Shown piece after piece: positions 20,428 to 30,020 of a DNA stretch of 64,000 bases. The position numbers and the translations under genes are program-made. Within the stretch, counting starts at the first letter, position 1. Each line of letters opens with the position of its first letter. Under the pieces are notes generated by a model. The model was not told where the DNA came from. It made no database searches and was given only the letters and a program-made list of their open reading frames with translations. The stretch is from a virus (Duplodnaviria > Heunggongvirae > Uroviricota > Caudoviricetes), in IMG/VR virus record IMGVR_UViG_3300029996_000255, one strand, 5' to 3'.

Positions 20428-20913
20428 CTATCCAAATAATATTTTCTTTGCTTTATTATCTATAATTTTTTGTACACGACCTCCAAATCCACTTCGAAAG
20501 TCTCTATCGACTCTATCAAACGGAGGTATACTTTGATGCATCATCCAACGACCATGACCATGTTCACCATTCATAAACATATAATCGAATGCCGTATTTG
20601 CTTGTAATGGTTGTTTCTCATACGTTGGATATGGTGGTCTACTAAAACCTGGATAATCATTCATTCTCGAAGAATCAACCTGTAATGTTAAAATATTGCC
20701 ATTTGCTGATGTATAAGCGGAATTATATACATTCATAAAATTTTGAGTTCTTACATATTCCATTGGTGAATAATCGTTATACCAATCTATTAGAGAATCG
20801 TATACAGATTCTTTGAATAATTTATTGATTTCAGGCGCAACTTCTTTTGCCAATTGTTTCTCTGCATGTTTTATATCTTTTAAAACCATTGATGCTAAAT
20901 CACCTTTAGCCAT
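20428..20913 (-). CDS. Hypothetical virion morphogenesis protein
   Basis: 161 aa immediately upstream of TMP; WYNDYSPMEYVRT motif. Confidence 0.6.
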   Translation of the reverse strand: MAKGDLASMVLKDIKHAEKQLAKEVAPEINKLFKESVYDSLIDWYNDYSPMEYVRTQNFMNVYNSAYTSANGNILTLQVDSSRMNDYPGFSRPPYPTYEKQPLQANTAFDYMFMNGEHGHGRWMMHQSIPPFDRVDRDFRSGFGGRVQKIIDNKAKKILFG

Positions 20914-21035
20914 GTATCATCACCTCCAAAAGTTTCACTATAATTTCACTATTTTTACACTAAAATAGGAGAGCAGTATTACCACTCTCCATAAGAAAAG
21001 CCCTATGACATTTGACCGCCATAGAGCCTAAATAT

Positions 21036-21212
21036 TTAACCATTATGAATTATTCCGTATATCAAACCACAAATGCCAAATACAAAATAATAATGAGCAG
21101 TGGTTAGTACAAATGGAATAAACGGTTGTAAAACTTCTATACAGATATCATCTACATGAAATAATGTAAGAATCCATCCACATAGAAGACCATATAAAAT
21201 TCCACCTATCAT
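21036..21212 (-). CDS. Small two-TM membrane protein (58 aa)
   Basis: MIGGILYGLLCGWILTLFHVDDICIEVLQPFIPFVLTTAHYYFVFGICGLIYGIIHNG*. Confidence 0.55.
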   Translation of the reverse strand: MIGGILYGLLCGWILTLFHVDDICIEVLQPFIPFVLTTAHYYFVFGICGLIYGIIHNG

Positions 21213-21241
21213 TTAATATCCATCCTTTGAAATTTGAATTT

Positions 21242-21823
21242 CTATATCTCTTTAAATTCGCCCTTCTTAGCAAACTCAATAATCTTATCCAGTTCTTCCT
21301 TTGGAATCTCATCAAGTTTCTTACTAACAACATCCATAAGCGGTGTGAGAGTAGCTTCGCCAAGAGCCTTAAATCTTTCCACCTGCTCTGTGATAAAGCT
21401 GTGGATCTCGTATTTATTCTGCAAAATATCCGATTTCTTAATTGATAACAAATGTTTAAACTCTGCAATTTCCTCATATGGAATAAGTGGAGCAGTAATA
21501 TCATTACCAATAAGAAGAATATCAAATAGTCCAGATTTCTTTAATTCATCATATTCCTCAAAGAATCCTTTAGTCTCTACAGTAAGGTTTGTGTAGTTCT
21601 CAATAAAAATTCTTGTAATTAACAAATATTCAGCAGAAGAGTTTACTTTTATATTTCCTGTCTCTTTATCAATCATAGTTATTTTCAGTAAATTAGCAAT
21701 AAGCGCATCCTTCTTAACAAATGGCACATAAGGTGTAATCTCAAGATTATCTTTAATATACTGATCCTTTAACTGCTTAGTTGCAATATTATTATACTTT
21801 TCACAAAATTCTTTAATTGTCAT
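21242..21823 (-). CDS. Hypothetical protein (possible tail assembly chaperone)
   Basis: 193 aa, SD AAAGGA, upstream of TMP. Confidence 0.6.
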   Translation of the reverse strand: MTIKEFCEKYNNIATKQLKDQYIKDNLEITPYVPFVKKDALIANLLKITMIDKETGNIKVNSSAEYLLITRIFIENYTNLTVETKGFFEEYDELKKSGLFDILLIGNDITAPLIPYEEIAEFKHLLSIKKSDILQNKYEIHSFITEQVERFKALGEATLTPLMDVVSKKLDEIPKEELDKIIEFAKKGEFKEI

Positions 21824-21846
21824 AATCCTTTTATCTCCTTTATATC

Positions 21847-22242
21847 TTATTTCTCAACAACAATAGGTACTAAGTCAGCGAGCGCATCTGTATCAAGTTC
21901 CATCTCAAACAGCTCATCAACAGTAATAGGTGTAATATCTATATCAACATCAGATTCTGCGACAGTATTAATTTCCTTGACAAAATCTGTCCATGTCTTA
22001 TCATTAGGTGAAACCCTCTTCTGAGTTACATTACCCTCAGAATCAAGAACATCTGTACCATACTTGTTTATAAGACCATCCTTAGTCATCTCAAAATCCT
22101 TTACAATACTCTGTACTTCTGAATATAATCTAAGTAATTTGAACTTAAATTTCGCTTTAATATCAATATCTTTATTCTCAATCACATTCTTAATTCTTGA
22201 ATAGATGTTGTTTACCTGATAAACCTTTAATGTTTTGTTCAT
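21847..22242 (-). CDS. Hypothetical phage protein
   Basis: 131 aa, SD AGGAG; acidic C-terminus. Confidence 0.6.
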   Translation of the reverse strand: MNKTLKVYQVNNIYSRIKNVIENKDIDIKAKFKFKLLRLYSEVQSIVKDFEMTKDGLINKYGTDVLDSEGNVTQKRVSPNDKTWTDFVKEINTVAESDVDIDITPITVDELFEMELDTDALADLVPIVVEK

Positions 22243-22258
22243 ATTATGTTATTCTCCT

Positions 22259-22771
22259 TTATAATCTTGTATCGTTAAGAAATCCATTGATATCATAACG
22301 ATAATTTACTTTTAATTTTTTCTTATTAATGAGAATAGGATTGCAGTATTTCAATAAATCATTTTCATTAAAACTTTTTTTTGAAAGAGAGTTTATTAAT
22401 CCATCCCATTCATCTATCATAAGAAAATATGTATTACTTGTTTTTCTGAAATCCAAAATAAAACCACTACATACATTTTTATAAGTAGAAAACTTCTTTA
22501 ACGATTCTACTTGATAGTAGTGTATAATTCCTTTATCTTCCTTGGTTCGTTCAAATGAACAAGATCCTTCAAAAGTTTTTAATTCCAATGTCCAAAATGT
22601 ATTTCTATTGCCACTAAAAATCATAAAGTCACATGGACTATGTTGACTAAATCTTAACTTTGAACTCATATCAAATGATTGAGCAGCATCAGGCGGTCTA
22701 TAAATTAATACATCTTCTGGACATGAATTTTTGAAGTTCTGTTCAAAAATTTTGCCTATATTTTTTGCTAT
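22259..22771 (-). CDS. recU: RecU-like Holliday junction resolvase
   Basis: GKIFE, SPCDF, LELKT, IHYYQ motifs; frame extends 34 codons upstream of the track ATG to an ATA at 22771. Confidence 0.8.
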   Translation of the reverse strand: MAKNIGKIFEQNFKNSCPEDVLIYRPPDAAQSFDMSSKLRFSQHSPCDFMIFSGNRNTFWTLELKTFEGSCSFERTKEDKGIIHYYQVESLKKFSTYKNVCSGFILDFRKTSNTYFLMIDEWDGLINSLSKKSFNENDLLKYCNPILINKKKLKVNYRYDINGFLNDTRL

Positions 22772-22963
22772 AACTATTCATTCCTTTCTTGATTAAGGGC
22801 AGGCAGTCTAGTCATCTGCCCTAACTAAAAAATGCCCTTACCATATGACTAGATAATGGTAAAAGCACTTTAATTTTCTATGAGTTTCTTCCTTATTAAT
22901 ATAAAGATATAACAAAAGAGCGATCTTGTATGAAATCGCTCTTTCATAAAATAAAATATGTAA

Positions 22964-23137
22964 TTACGCACAAACAAACATTGGGTATAGCTCCCACTTA
23001 GCGTTGGGATATTTATCAATATTATCAAGTACGACTTTGTGTACTTCTTCCATATTGCCAATATTAATATCAATATGGATAATTTTTCCACCTGTTAGTT
23101 CAACTTCTTCACAAATTAAATTAAAGTACATCCTCAT
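22964..23137 (-). CDS. Small hypothetical protein (57 aa)
   Basis: SD GGAGG, MRMYFNLICEEVELTGGKIIHIDINIG... Confidence 0.55.
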   Translation of the reverse strand: MRMYFNLICEEVELTGGKIIHIDINIGNMEEVHKVVLDNIDKYPNAKWELYPMFVCA

Positions 23138-23149
23138 GTTAGATTCCTC

Positions 23150-23383
23150 CTATCTCTTTATACAAAATAATTCGTACAAGTCAACTTTTAGTATATGAGA
23201 TAAAGTAATAGCGTGACTAAGTAGAATATCATTAGTTTGATTGTTTTCAATTTTTGACAGGGTGGTTGCAGAAATACCACTTCTCTGAGATAGTTCCTTT
23301 AATGTTATATTTTGCTTATATCTATATTCGCCAACTTTATTCTTCATATCATAAGTATTCTCAAGAAAAATTTTGTTATACAT
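23150..23383 (-). CDS. XRE-family HTH transcriptional regulator
   Basis: ITLKELSQRSGISATTLSKIEN. Confidence 0.85.
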   Translation of the reverse strand: MYNKIFLENTYDMKNKVGEYRYKQNITLKELSQRSGISATTLSKIENNQTNDILLSHAITLSHILKVDLYELFCIKR

Positions 23384-23449
23384 AGAATAACTGAAATTTA
23401 ATAAACATTGGTTTATACAATATGTGATATAATGAAGATTATGGCTAAA

Positions 23450-23932
23450 TTACCTAAAATCACCACTAACAAGTTTATTATGATATATTTCTCTAACAGC
23501 TTTCATTGATTCTACAATATATCCATTAGTCATATGATTATCAGCAAGTATTTTTTCATATTGCTCATAAGTCCGAAAAATATGTTCAAAAGCTTCTCTA
23601 TTATAATCCTGCCCACCCGTAAGAGCAGAACAAAAATTAAGAAGCTCCCATCGAATATCAGATATCTCTTTTTGTACAAGATTGTCCTTAATGTCATCAA
23701 TACCTTTAGATATTTTTTGGATTTCCTGATACTGCCAATTGTCATGTTTTTCAAGCGTTTTAATACGATTTTCAACAGTTTCTCTATCTTCGTCAATGCC
23801 TGTCTTTAATCGAAATTTCTTTTTAAAATAACCGAATATTTCGATAACTTTTTTAACTGCAAACAAAATGGCAAATAAACCAAGTATGACAAGCACATAA
23901 TCAATCTGTGCTAAATTCTGTATCTCCTGCAC
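23450..23932 (-). CDS. Holin-associated single-TM coiled-coil protein
   Basis: N-terminal TM, coiled coil, YEQYEKIL...NG motif; adjacent to holin. Confidence 0.6.
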   Translation of the reverse strand: MQEIQNLAQIDYVLVILGLFAILFAVKKVIEIFGYFKKKFRLKTGIDEDRETVENRIKTLEKHDNWQYQEIQKISKGIDDIKDNLVQKEISDIRWELLNFCSALTGGQDYNREAFEHIFRTYEQYEKILADNHMTNGYIVESMKAVREIYHNKLVSGDFR

Positions 23933-23952
23933 TCATATGTACCATCCCTTCT

Positions 23953-24210
23953 TTACTTTTTTAAAAAATTCTTGAAGGCTTCATATAAACCAGTAGAAGC
24001 AAGACCAGATACAAGTCCACCAAGTAAAATTTCAGGTGTAAAGCTCATATTCATCCATGTGTTTAATGTAACACCAAGCACTGCCATAATCAGTGGAATA
24101 TACTTATTAACCACATCTGTTGTAACAATATTTTTTAATACATATCCTACGCATAAGCAAATCCCAACAATAATCGGTACTGTAAAATTTGTTAAAAATG
24201 ATAAATCCAT
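23953..24210 (-). CDS. Holin
   Basis: 85 aa, 3 TM segments, NKYIPLI and GLVSGLASTGLYEAFKN motifs. Confidence 0.85.
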   Translation of the reverse strand: MDLSFLTNFTVPIIVGICLCVGYVLKNIVTTDVVNKYIPLIMAVLGVTLNTWMNMSFTPEILLGGLVSGLASTGLYEAFKNFLKK

Positions 24211-24215
24211 TATAT

Positions 24216-24458
24216 TTAGTCCTCCGTATCATAATTTTTCCATCTTTGATATAATTCTTTAGTGTCTTTTCGATCAAATATCATCACAATAATTTTCCTG
24301 TCATTCTTATTATCATAGCTAGGATAAATGTCGATAGGATATGCACCAGAACTCATATAAAAGATTTGCTGTTTTACATTGCAGATTCTATTCACTTCAT
24401 GCTCTGAATAGTTTCGTGCGTTATGTAGATTAGTTTCTATCATATATTTTCCTTTCAA
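24216..24458 (-). CDS. Hypothetical phage protein
   Basis: 80-aa ORF in the late operon. Confidence 0.6.
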   Translation of the reverse strand: MKGKYMIETNLHNARNYSEHEVNRICNVKQQIFYMSSGAYPIDIYPSYDNKNDRKIIVMIFDRKDTKELYQRWKNYDTED

Positions 24459-24530
24459 TCCGTAATAGCGTAAAAAATAGGGATTACAACATTGAATAGT
24501 AATATGTTATAATCCCTTATTTAAAAATCA

Positions 24531-24905
24531 CTATTCAACATTACTTTCAGCCTCATTTTCGACTTTTGTAACAATATCCTTTTTGACAGATTTAGCCTCT
24601 GTCTTTTTATTTTCTTTCTTAATAACTTGTGCTTTTGCCTTCATGATAGAGGTAATAGAATTCTTATAACTTTCGCCAAAGTATTCTTTTCTGCTCAAAT
24701 CTAATTTTTCTAATTTTGGTTTTGCTTCAATATCTGTCGTGCGTCCATCTTCAAATGCAGAAGTCACTTCATCAATTTCATGGCAATTATCTGAACACCA
24801 ACAAAAATACCATGTTGGTTTCAAACGATCTTCTGGATTACAAACTGGACAAAATGAATAAGTCTTACCGCAAAGCACACAAGTTCTCAATTCTTTCTTT
24901 GACAT
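24531..24905 (-). CDS. Zinc-binding hypothetical protein
   Basis: CVLC..CPVC..CSDNC motifs; SD GGAGG. Confidence 0.65.
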   Translation of the reverse strand: MSKKELRTCVLCGKTYSFCPVCNPEDRLKPTWYFCWCSDNCHEIDEVTSAFEDGRTTDIEAKPKLEKLDLSRKEYFGESYKNSITSIMKAKAQVIKKENKKTEAKSVKKDIVTKVENEAESNVE

Positions 24906-24954
24906 TATTCCTCCTTGTAAGAATAGGGCAGTAGTTTAACTGCCCTACGTGTTC

Positions 24955-25791
24955 TTATAATTCGATATCGTCCTCTTCCTCGTCAATGTAATAAATAGAG
25001 AAAAGTTCTCCATCTGTAGAGCAAGCATTTAGCATCATAGAACCCTTATAATCCATCGTCTGAGAATCACCACCCTGTAATGCAAGTGAAAACTCAGGAC
25101 TTGGCATAAATGAAGGGATGTGAATGATAGCTGCTTTTAATACATCAGTCTCACACTTGTCTACTACAAGTGCCTTGAAGAACAACTCATGAGATTTTGG
25201 GAACTTTTTACCAGAATTAGTAATCTTTGCTCCGCTCTTAATTGTCTTCTTATACTTGACAATATACTGAGTTTCACCATCTGCGATAGGCGGTGTTAAT
25301 ACATCACTCGCAGGTGTATTGTCTGGTTCACCCGAAGCTTCGGTGTGCTTAATTGCATATTCAGTAGCAGAAGCGGCAGATCCTTTCTTAAATTCGTCCT
25401 TACCCATAGAACCCTTTGTAGAAAGAGCATTTACATGGATAGAACCTTCAACAAATCCCGTAACATCTAATGTTTCGCCAGCTTTTACGATCTGAATCAT
25501 CGGCATAACAATACCCTTATCTGCGGTTGCAATCTCAGCATCAGTAGCAGAAATAGTCTCTACAACAGCAAGGTTAAGGAATGCGTTAGTTGCAGTAACC
25601 TCACCTTTCTTACCTGTATACTTACGATATACAAGGTTTCCATCCTTATCATTGATATCTGTTGAGTCAGCCGTAATATCAATATTTGCCTGTGTAAGCT
25701 GTGTTAAAGCATACAGAGGTGTACCATTAGACTTTGCACCGTAACCAAACTGAAGTCTATCTACGATTACGTCACCTAATTTAAATGCCAT
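24955..25791 (-). CDS. Major tail (tube) protein
   Basis: 278 aa, strong SD, followed by a hairpin; position after neck genes; beta-rich. Confidence 0.7.
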   Translation of the reverse strand: MAFKLGDVIVDRLQFGYGAKSNGTPLYALTQLTQANIDITADSTDINDKDGNLVYRKYTGKKGEVTATNAFLNLAVVETISATDAEIATADKGIVMPMIQIVKAGETLDVTGFVEGSIHVNALSTKGSMGKDEFKKGSAASATEYAIKHTEASGEPDNTPASDVLTPPIADGETQYIVKYKKTIKSGAKITNSGKKFPKSHELFFKALVVDKCETDVLKAAIIHIPSFMPSPEFSLALQGGDSQTMDYKGSMMLNACSTDGELFSIYYIDEEEDDIEL

Positions 25792-25842
25792 AATTATTTT
25801 CCTCCTTTAAAATTGTTATTTTTATGCAATAAAAATGAGCGA

Positions 25843-26676
25843 TTAAATATCGCCCATAAAATTGATTAAATCTTCAGGAATGTCTTTGGCTGACACCATA
25901 CCACCGTAAATTCCGTGTAAAGCAGCCGTTCCCTGTTCGTATTTTTGAATTCTGTTTACAGAATCCATAAACTGACATATATTCACTTGTTTTAATTCTT
26001 CCAACTTATATTTAAACCCAGGATGATTTATACAACTCGAAACAAGTGGTAAAAGAGTCGATGCGCCTTTCTTTTTATCATCCTGTTCTGCTTTCATTCT
26101 ATCTTCTTGTAAAATCCATTGTTTTGTTGTTTTACCTTTTGCCTTTTCAACCTTTGGATGAACATTCATCATCGCTCGAATAAATTCAGCAATTTCCATA
26201 TATTCATCATCATAAATAATCATATTTTTATCTTGATTTAAAAGCGCAAGATGATTGTATTCTGGATCGTCAACATTTTTTCTTGCTTGAATTAATTCAA
26301 ATCCATCAAAACTAAAATCTTTGAATAGTAGCTTTAACGGCTCTTTATCTTCGAGCAATTGATATAAGATATAAAACACTTCAATATCTTTTGTTTTGTT
26401 CCAATCCTTTTTAAATACATCATAAAGAAGAACTCGAATAGAAGTAGAATTACTAAGAAAAGGAGAGATTGCTTGGTAGAATTTTGATTCGCCAATATTT
26501 AAAATATCTCCTATGGTTGGAATTGAAATAGTTATACCATTTATTGTATAATCCTCACCAAAATACATTTTAAGTTTGTCGAAATGATATTCTGGCTTTT
26601 TACTCACTTCTTGTTTTTTGGCTTCATCTTTTTCTGCGGCAGATTGAAGACTATCCAATGTTTCTAATACATCCAA
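25843..26676 (-). CDS. Conserved SPbeta-like morphogenesis protein
   Basis: 277 aa, ITISIPTIGDI and QFMDSVNRIQK motifs; between tail terminator and tube genes. Confidence 0.6.
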   Translation of the reverse strand: MDVLETLDSLQSAAEKDEAKKQEVSKKPEYHFDKLKMYFGEDYTINGITISIPTIGDILNIGESKFYQAISPFLSNSTSIRVLLYDVFKKDWNKTKDIEVFYILYQLLEDKEPLKLLFKDFSFDGFELIQARKNVDDPEYNHLALLNQDKNMIIYDDEYMEIAEFIRAMMNVHPKVEKAKGKTTKQWILQEDRMKAEQDDKKKGASTLLPLVSSCINHPGFKYKLEELKQVNICQFMDSVNRIQKYEQGTAALHGIYGGMVSAKDIPEDLINFMGDI

Positions 26677-26680
26677 ACAA

Positions 26681-27334
26681 TCACCGCCTTATACCGTAAT
26701 TCATAATAGATGGTTTTCCACAATAAGGTGTACGAACTTTACTATTTAAGTCCGTAAGTTCAAATACAAGAGTGCGAGCCACATAATTGTTATCAACTGT
26801 AGATTCATAATCCTGTGTAAGATATGTCTGCATACCAAATATATTAGACCATGCGAATCGTTCTCTTATAATGGAAGCAATAAGGTCATGCCTTGGAATT
26901 CCAGTCAATTTATCCATACGGTCATCTCCATGAGCAAAAATAGTAAAAGTAACTTGTGTTTCTTTTAATCCTGACTGATATCTAACCGTATCTCTAAACC
27001 CTACTTGATAACACACATAACATTTAACTGTTGTCTGTGTATCTGGAATAAATAAAAATGGACGAATAAGAGAATCACTTCCAAAATATCTATCCCATTC
27101 ACCAAGAGGTTCATATTGCTTGGTATCTTCATTCCATTCCCAATTGATGTTTCCATTTTTGTCGAACAATTCAGATTCTAACTTTTTATCATTGAGAGCG
27201 TATAACAAACATGGATTTGATAACAAAGCATTTTTGATTTTTTGCTTGTATAGAATTACATCATCATCAGGAGTAGTCTTATATGCACGAAGCTTATTTA
27301 ACAAATCATTTTTTGTAACTAATTTTTCTGCCAT
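26681..27334 (-). CDS. Putative tail terminator / completion protein
   Basis: 217 aa; synteny; RHDLIASII motif. Confidence 0.55.
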   Translation of the reverse strand: MAEKLVTKNDLLNKLRAYKTTPDDDVILYKQKIKNALLSNPCLLYALNDKKLESELFDKNGNINWEWNEDTKQYEPLGEWDRYFGSDSLIRPFLFIPDTQTTVKCYVCYQVGFRDTVRYQSGLKETQVTFTIFAHGDDRMDKLTGIPRHDLIASIIRERFAWSNIFGMQTYLTQDYESTVDNNYVARTLVFELTDLNSKVRTPYCGKPSIMNYGIRR

Positions 27335-27344
27335 AAAACACCTC

Positions 27345-28625
27345 CTATTCAGTTAATTCTAACGGTAAAAATTCAGATTCAATCGGCAAGTTATCCTTAA
27401 CAATTTCACACTTAATCGACAATATTTTACCGATAGTAGAGGCGTTATTAGGAAACTTTACTTTCTTTTGGTTGTACTCTGTACCAGCTCGCCATGTAAC
27501 TTTGTCTGTCCAATCTTCATTATCAATAGCGCAAGTCCATGTAAAGGTTGCATCAGCATATTCAGTTGTGATATCTTCATTGGAATCATTGAATAGATTT
27601 ACTGTGAGATTTTTATAGCTGCCACCGACTTTGATTGTAGAAGTGGATGCTGAAATTTTTGCTGTTATAGAAGATGGGGGAGTAGTTGGAGTAGATGGAT
27701 CTGTTGGGGCAATTTCTGAATCGAAATAGTTCGCATACATTTCGCCCGTTTCAAGATTGACATAATCCGTATGCTCGTTCCAAAATGCCGTATATATAGT
27801 AAGTTTTTGAATACCAAATGGCATTGAATTTTCAACCTTGGTCACTGTCCATACTGTAGGATGTTCTGTTAAAGCACTTACTACAACTCGCATATTTTTA
27901 GAATCTTCAGAAGTGTACCAAAACTTCTCTGTAATAGAGTTCATTGGCAACCATATCTTATCCTGATTATCTGTGTGTGTAAAATATCTATCTGTGTAAG
28001 TTCCTATAGTGTAGGAATTCTGTTGTCTTAAACAACACCACATACGTCTCTTGATTCGCTTATCATTAGATTTTTCAATCCATGTAAGTTCGTAATTTAC
28101 TGGCAAAATCAAATACTTAGGAAACTGATTAGCTGGTTCATCACGGCAAATAATCCATTTATGATAAACTCCTCTATCATCTGGAACGTCCACGAAAAGC
28201 CCTATCGGAAATGTCGCTCCATAGCGTTTTCTAAAATCAGTCTCATAATAATAAAGGTCATCACCTTCATTGAATCTTACAGGCTGACTTGGACGAAACA
28301 TAAGATAGTATTCCACTTGGTCTTTGTCCATTGACTGATAAGATTTGATAATAAACTTTGCATCTATCTTTGTCTTATTGGTATTTTCATAAGTCATACC
28401 TTCAGCAAGTGAACGTGTAATTCCATGTTCATCTGTAAAGAAGTCGTCATGAAAATGATCGTAGATATAACAAGTCTTGGAAGCAATACTGTTATCCCAA
28501 GTTTCTTCCATCAAAAAGTCAGATTCGTCTTTATAAATTTGACCTAAAGTTTTCGCATTATTTGTTTTGGCGTTAGCGATTCGCCGTGCTGTCTGTAAGC
28601 TTGGCATCACCAACACCTCCTTCAA
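27345..28625 (-). CDS. Putative head-closure/neck protein with C-terminal Ig-like domain
   Basis: 426 aa; PT-rich linker then Ig-like segment (IKVGGSYKNLTV...TWT). Confidence 0.55.
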   Translation of the reverse strand: MKEVLVMPSLQTARRIANAKTNNAKTLGQIYKDESDFLMEETWDNSIASKTCYIYDHFHDDFFTDEHGITRSLAEGMTYENTNKTKIDAKFIIKSYQSMDKDQVEYYLMFRPSQPVRFNEGDDLYYYETDFRKRYGATFPIGLFVDVPDDRGVYHKWIICRDEPANQFPKYLILPVNYELTWIEKSNDKRIKRRMWCCLRQQNSYTIGTYTDRYFTHTDNQDKIWLPMNSITEKFWYTSEDSKNMRVVVSALTEHPTVWTVTKVENSMPFGIQKLTIYTAFWNEHTDYVNLETGEMYANYFDSEIAPTDPSTPTTPPSSITAKISASTSTIKVGGSYKNLTVNLFNDSNEDITTEYADATFTWTCAIDNEDWTDKVTWRAGTEYNQKKVKFPNNASTIGKILSIKCEIVKDNLPIESEFLPLELTE

Positions 28626-28950
28626 ACATCTGCTTAATGTAATTGTGACTATCTAAAATAGCCCTACGAAATGTCATGTAATCAAACTCATCGGATGTAA
28701 CTTCGTCATAAGCAGCTTGCAAAGTAGCCATTAATGTGACCATAATTCCATTATTATTAAATAGAGTTTTTGTTCCACTAAATTTAAACATGACATTCTG
28801 GAAAAATATAAGAAAAGCTTCATCATTCTCAAATATTTTTTCTTCTATTCGATTATCCTTGTAAAGTAATAACTTATGGACATCGTTGTGCATTGCATGT
28901 GCAGCTTCTTTAATTTGTCTTTTAGTGAACGAACCATATATATATTCCAT
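28573..28950 (-). CDS. Hypothetical protein
   Basis: 125-aa ORF coupled to neighbours. Confidence 0.6.
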   Translation of the reverse strand: MEYIYGSFTKRQIKEAAHAMHNDVHKLLLYKDNRIEEKIFENDEAFLIFFQNVMFKFSGTKTLFNNNGIMVTLMATLQAAYDEVTSDEFDYMTFRRAILDSHNYIKQMFEGGVGDAKLTDSTANR

Positions 28951-28952
28951 AG

Positions 28953-29405
28953 TTATTCACCTCGCACATATGAATTATTAATATATCCATGACTTGCAAG
29001 TTTTCTACTAAATTCATGCTGTAATGTATCCAATCTACTTTGCATATCTTTATATGGATTCTGTATGTTTTTTTCTTCTTTTGTTCCTAAAGCTCTAGCA
29101 GTAAATTTTGCAGAGTCAACCTGTGGTTTTAACCATTCAATTGTCATTCCAAGAGTGAACAATCCTATAACATATTCTTTATCTGCAAAATCGCTAACAG
29201 GATATTGCATCTCAAATTCAATCTGTTGGATTTCATCATCCATATTAAATGAAGCGAATTTTCTAATAACTCGTTCATCACCTGCAACCATGCGTAAACG
29301 TTCAGTCCATGTTTCATTAAGATCGTTTTCGTCAAGAGAAAGTTCTTTCATATCATTGATTCGTCCTCTTGTTCGTGAAAAAATTGTTTCATATGGAAGC
29401 GTCAT
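28953..29405 (-). CDS. Putative head-tail adaptor
   Basis: 150 aa, MTLPYETIF start, helical; synteny after capsid genes. Confidence 0.55.
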   Translation of the reverse strand: MTLPYETIFSRTRGRINDMKELSLDENDLNETWTERLRMVAGDERVIRKFASFNMDDEIQQIEFEMQYPVSDFADKEYVIGLFTLGMTIEWLKPQVDSAKFTARALGTKEEKNIQNPYKDMQSRLDTLQHEFSRKLASHGYINNSYVRGE

Positions 29406-29420
29406 TGTGAGCCTCCTTTA

Positions 29421-29954
29421 CTACATATTCAATTTTAAAAGCAACTCTGTTCCAAAAATAGAATCAAGTGTCTGAATTCTCTTAACAGAATCAAGTGTTC
29501 CGTCATCAACCATACTTGTTGCAATAGTTTTTAATGCTTCCTGTGCTCCAATTGGAAGAGAATAGATTGCTTTTTCCATTTGCGAAGGAGTCATCTTTAA
29601 AATATCTCTTAAATCATTTGTTGAATGAAGAGTAGAATATAAATCATCAAGTTCTGGATGTAATGCAATGAAATCTGCATTCTGCACAACAAAACGAGGT
29701 TTAAACATCATCTTGTCACCCTTCCTTGCTGCATAATCCAAATCTCTAAATTCAATTTCCTGAACGTCATCAATATCTGCAAATGTATATAAAGTATCTG
29801 ATTTAAGTCCAACATAAAATAATTCTCCTGCGGTAAGAGACACACATGGAATCATTTCTGTTGGCTCAAACTTCTTTTTTTCTGATTTCTTTTCAGCCAC
29901 ATCAGTATTAGTATTTTCTACTGCTTTTGTGGTTGTCTTTTTTGTATATGCCAT
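29421..29954 (-). CDS. Hypothetical head-associated protein
   Basis: 177 aa following the major capsid gene; LDSVKRIQTL motif. Confidence 0.55.
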   Translation of the reverse strand: MAYTKKTTTKAVENTNTDVAEKKSEKKKFEPTEMIPCVSLTAGELFYVGLKSDTLYTFADIDDVQEIEFRDLDYAARKGDKMMFKPRFVVQNADFIALHPELDDLYSTLHSTNDLRDILKMTPSQMEKAIYSLPIGAQEALKTIATSMVDDGTLDSVKRIQTLDSIFGTELLLKLNM

Positions 29955-30020
29955 TTATTTTTTCCTTTCTATCCAATATAAAAAGAGTGGCTAGATAATC
30001 TAACCACTCAATTTTATTTA

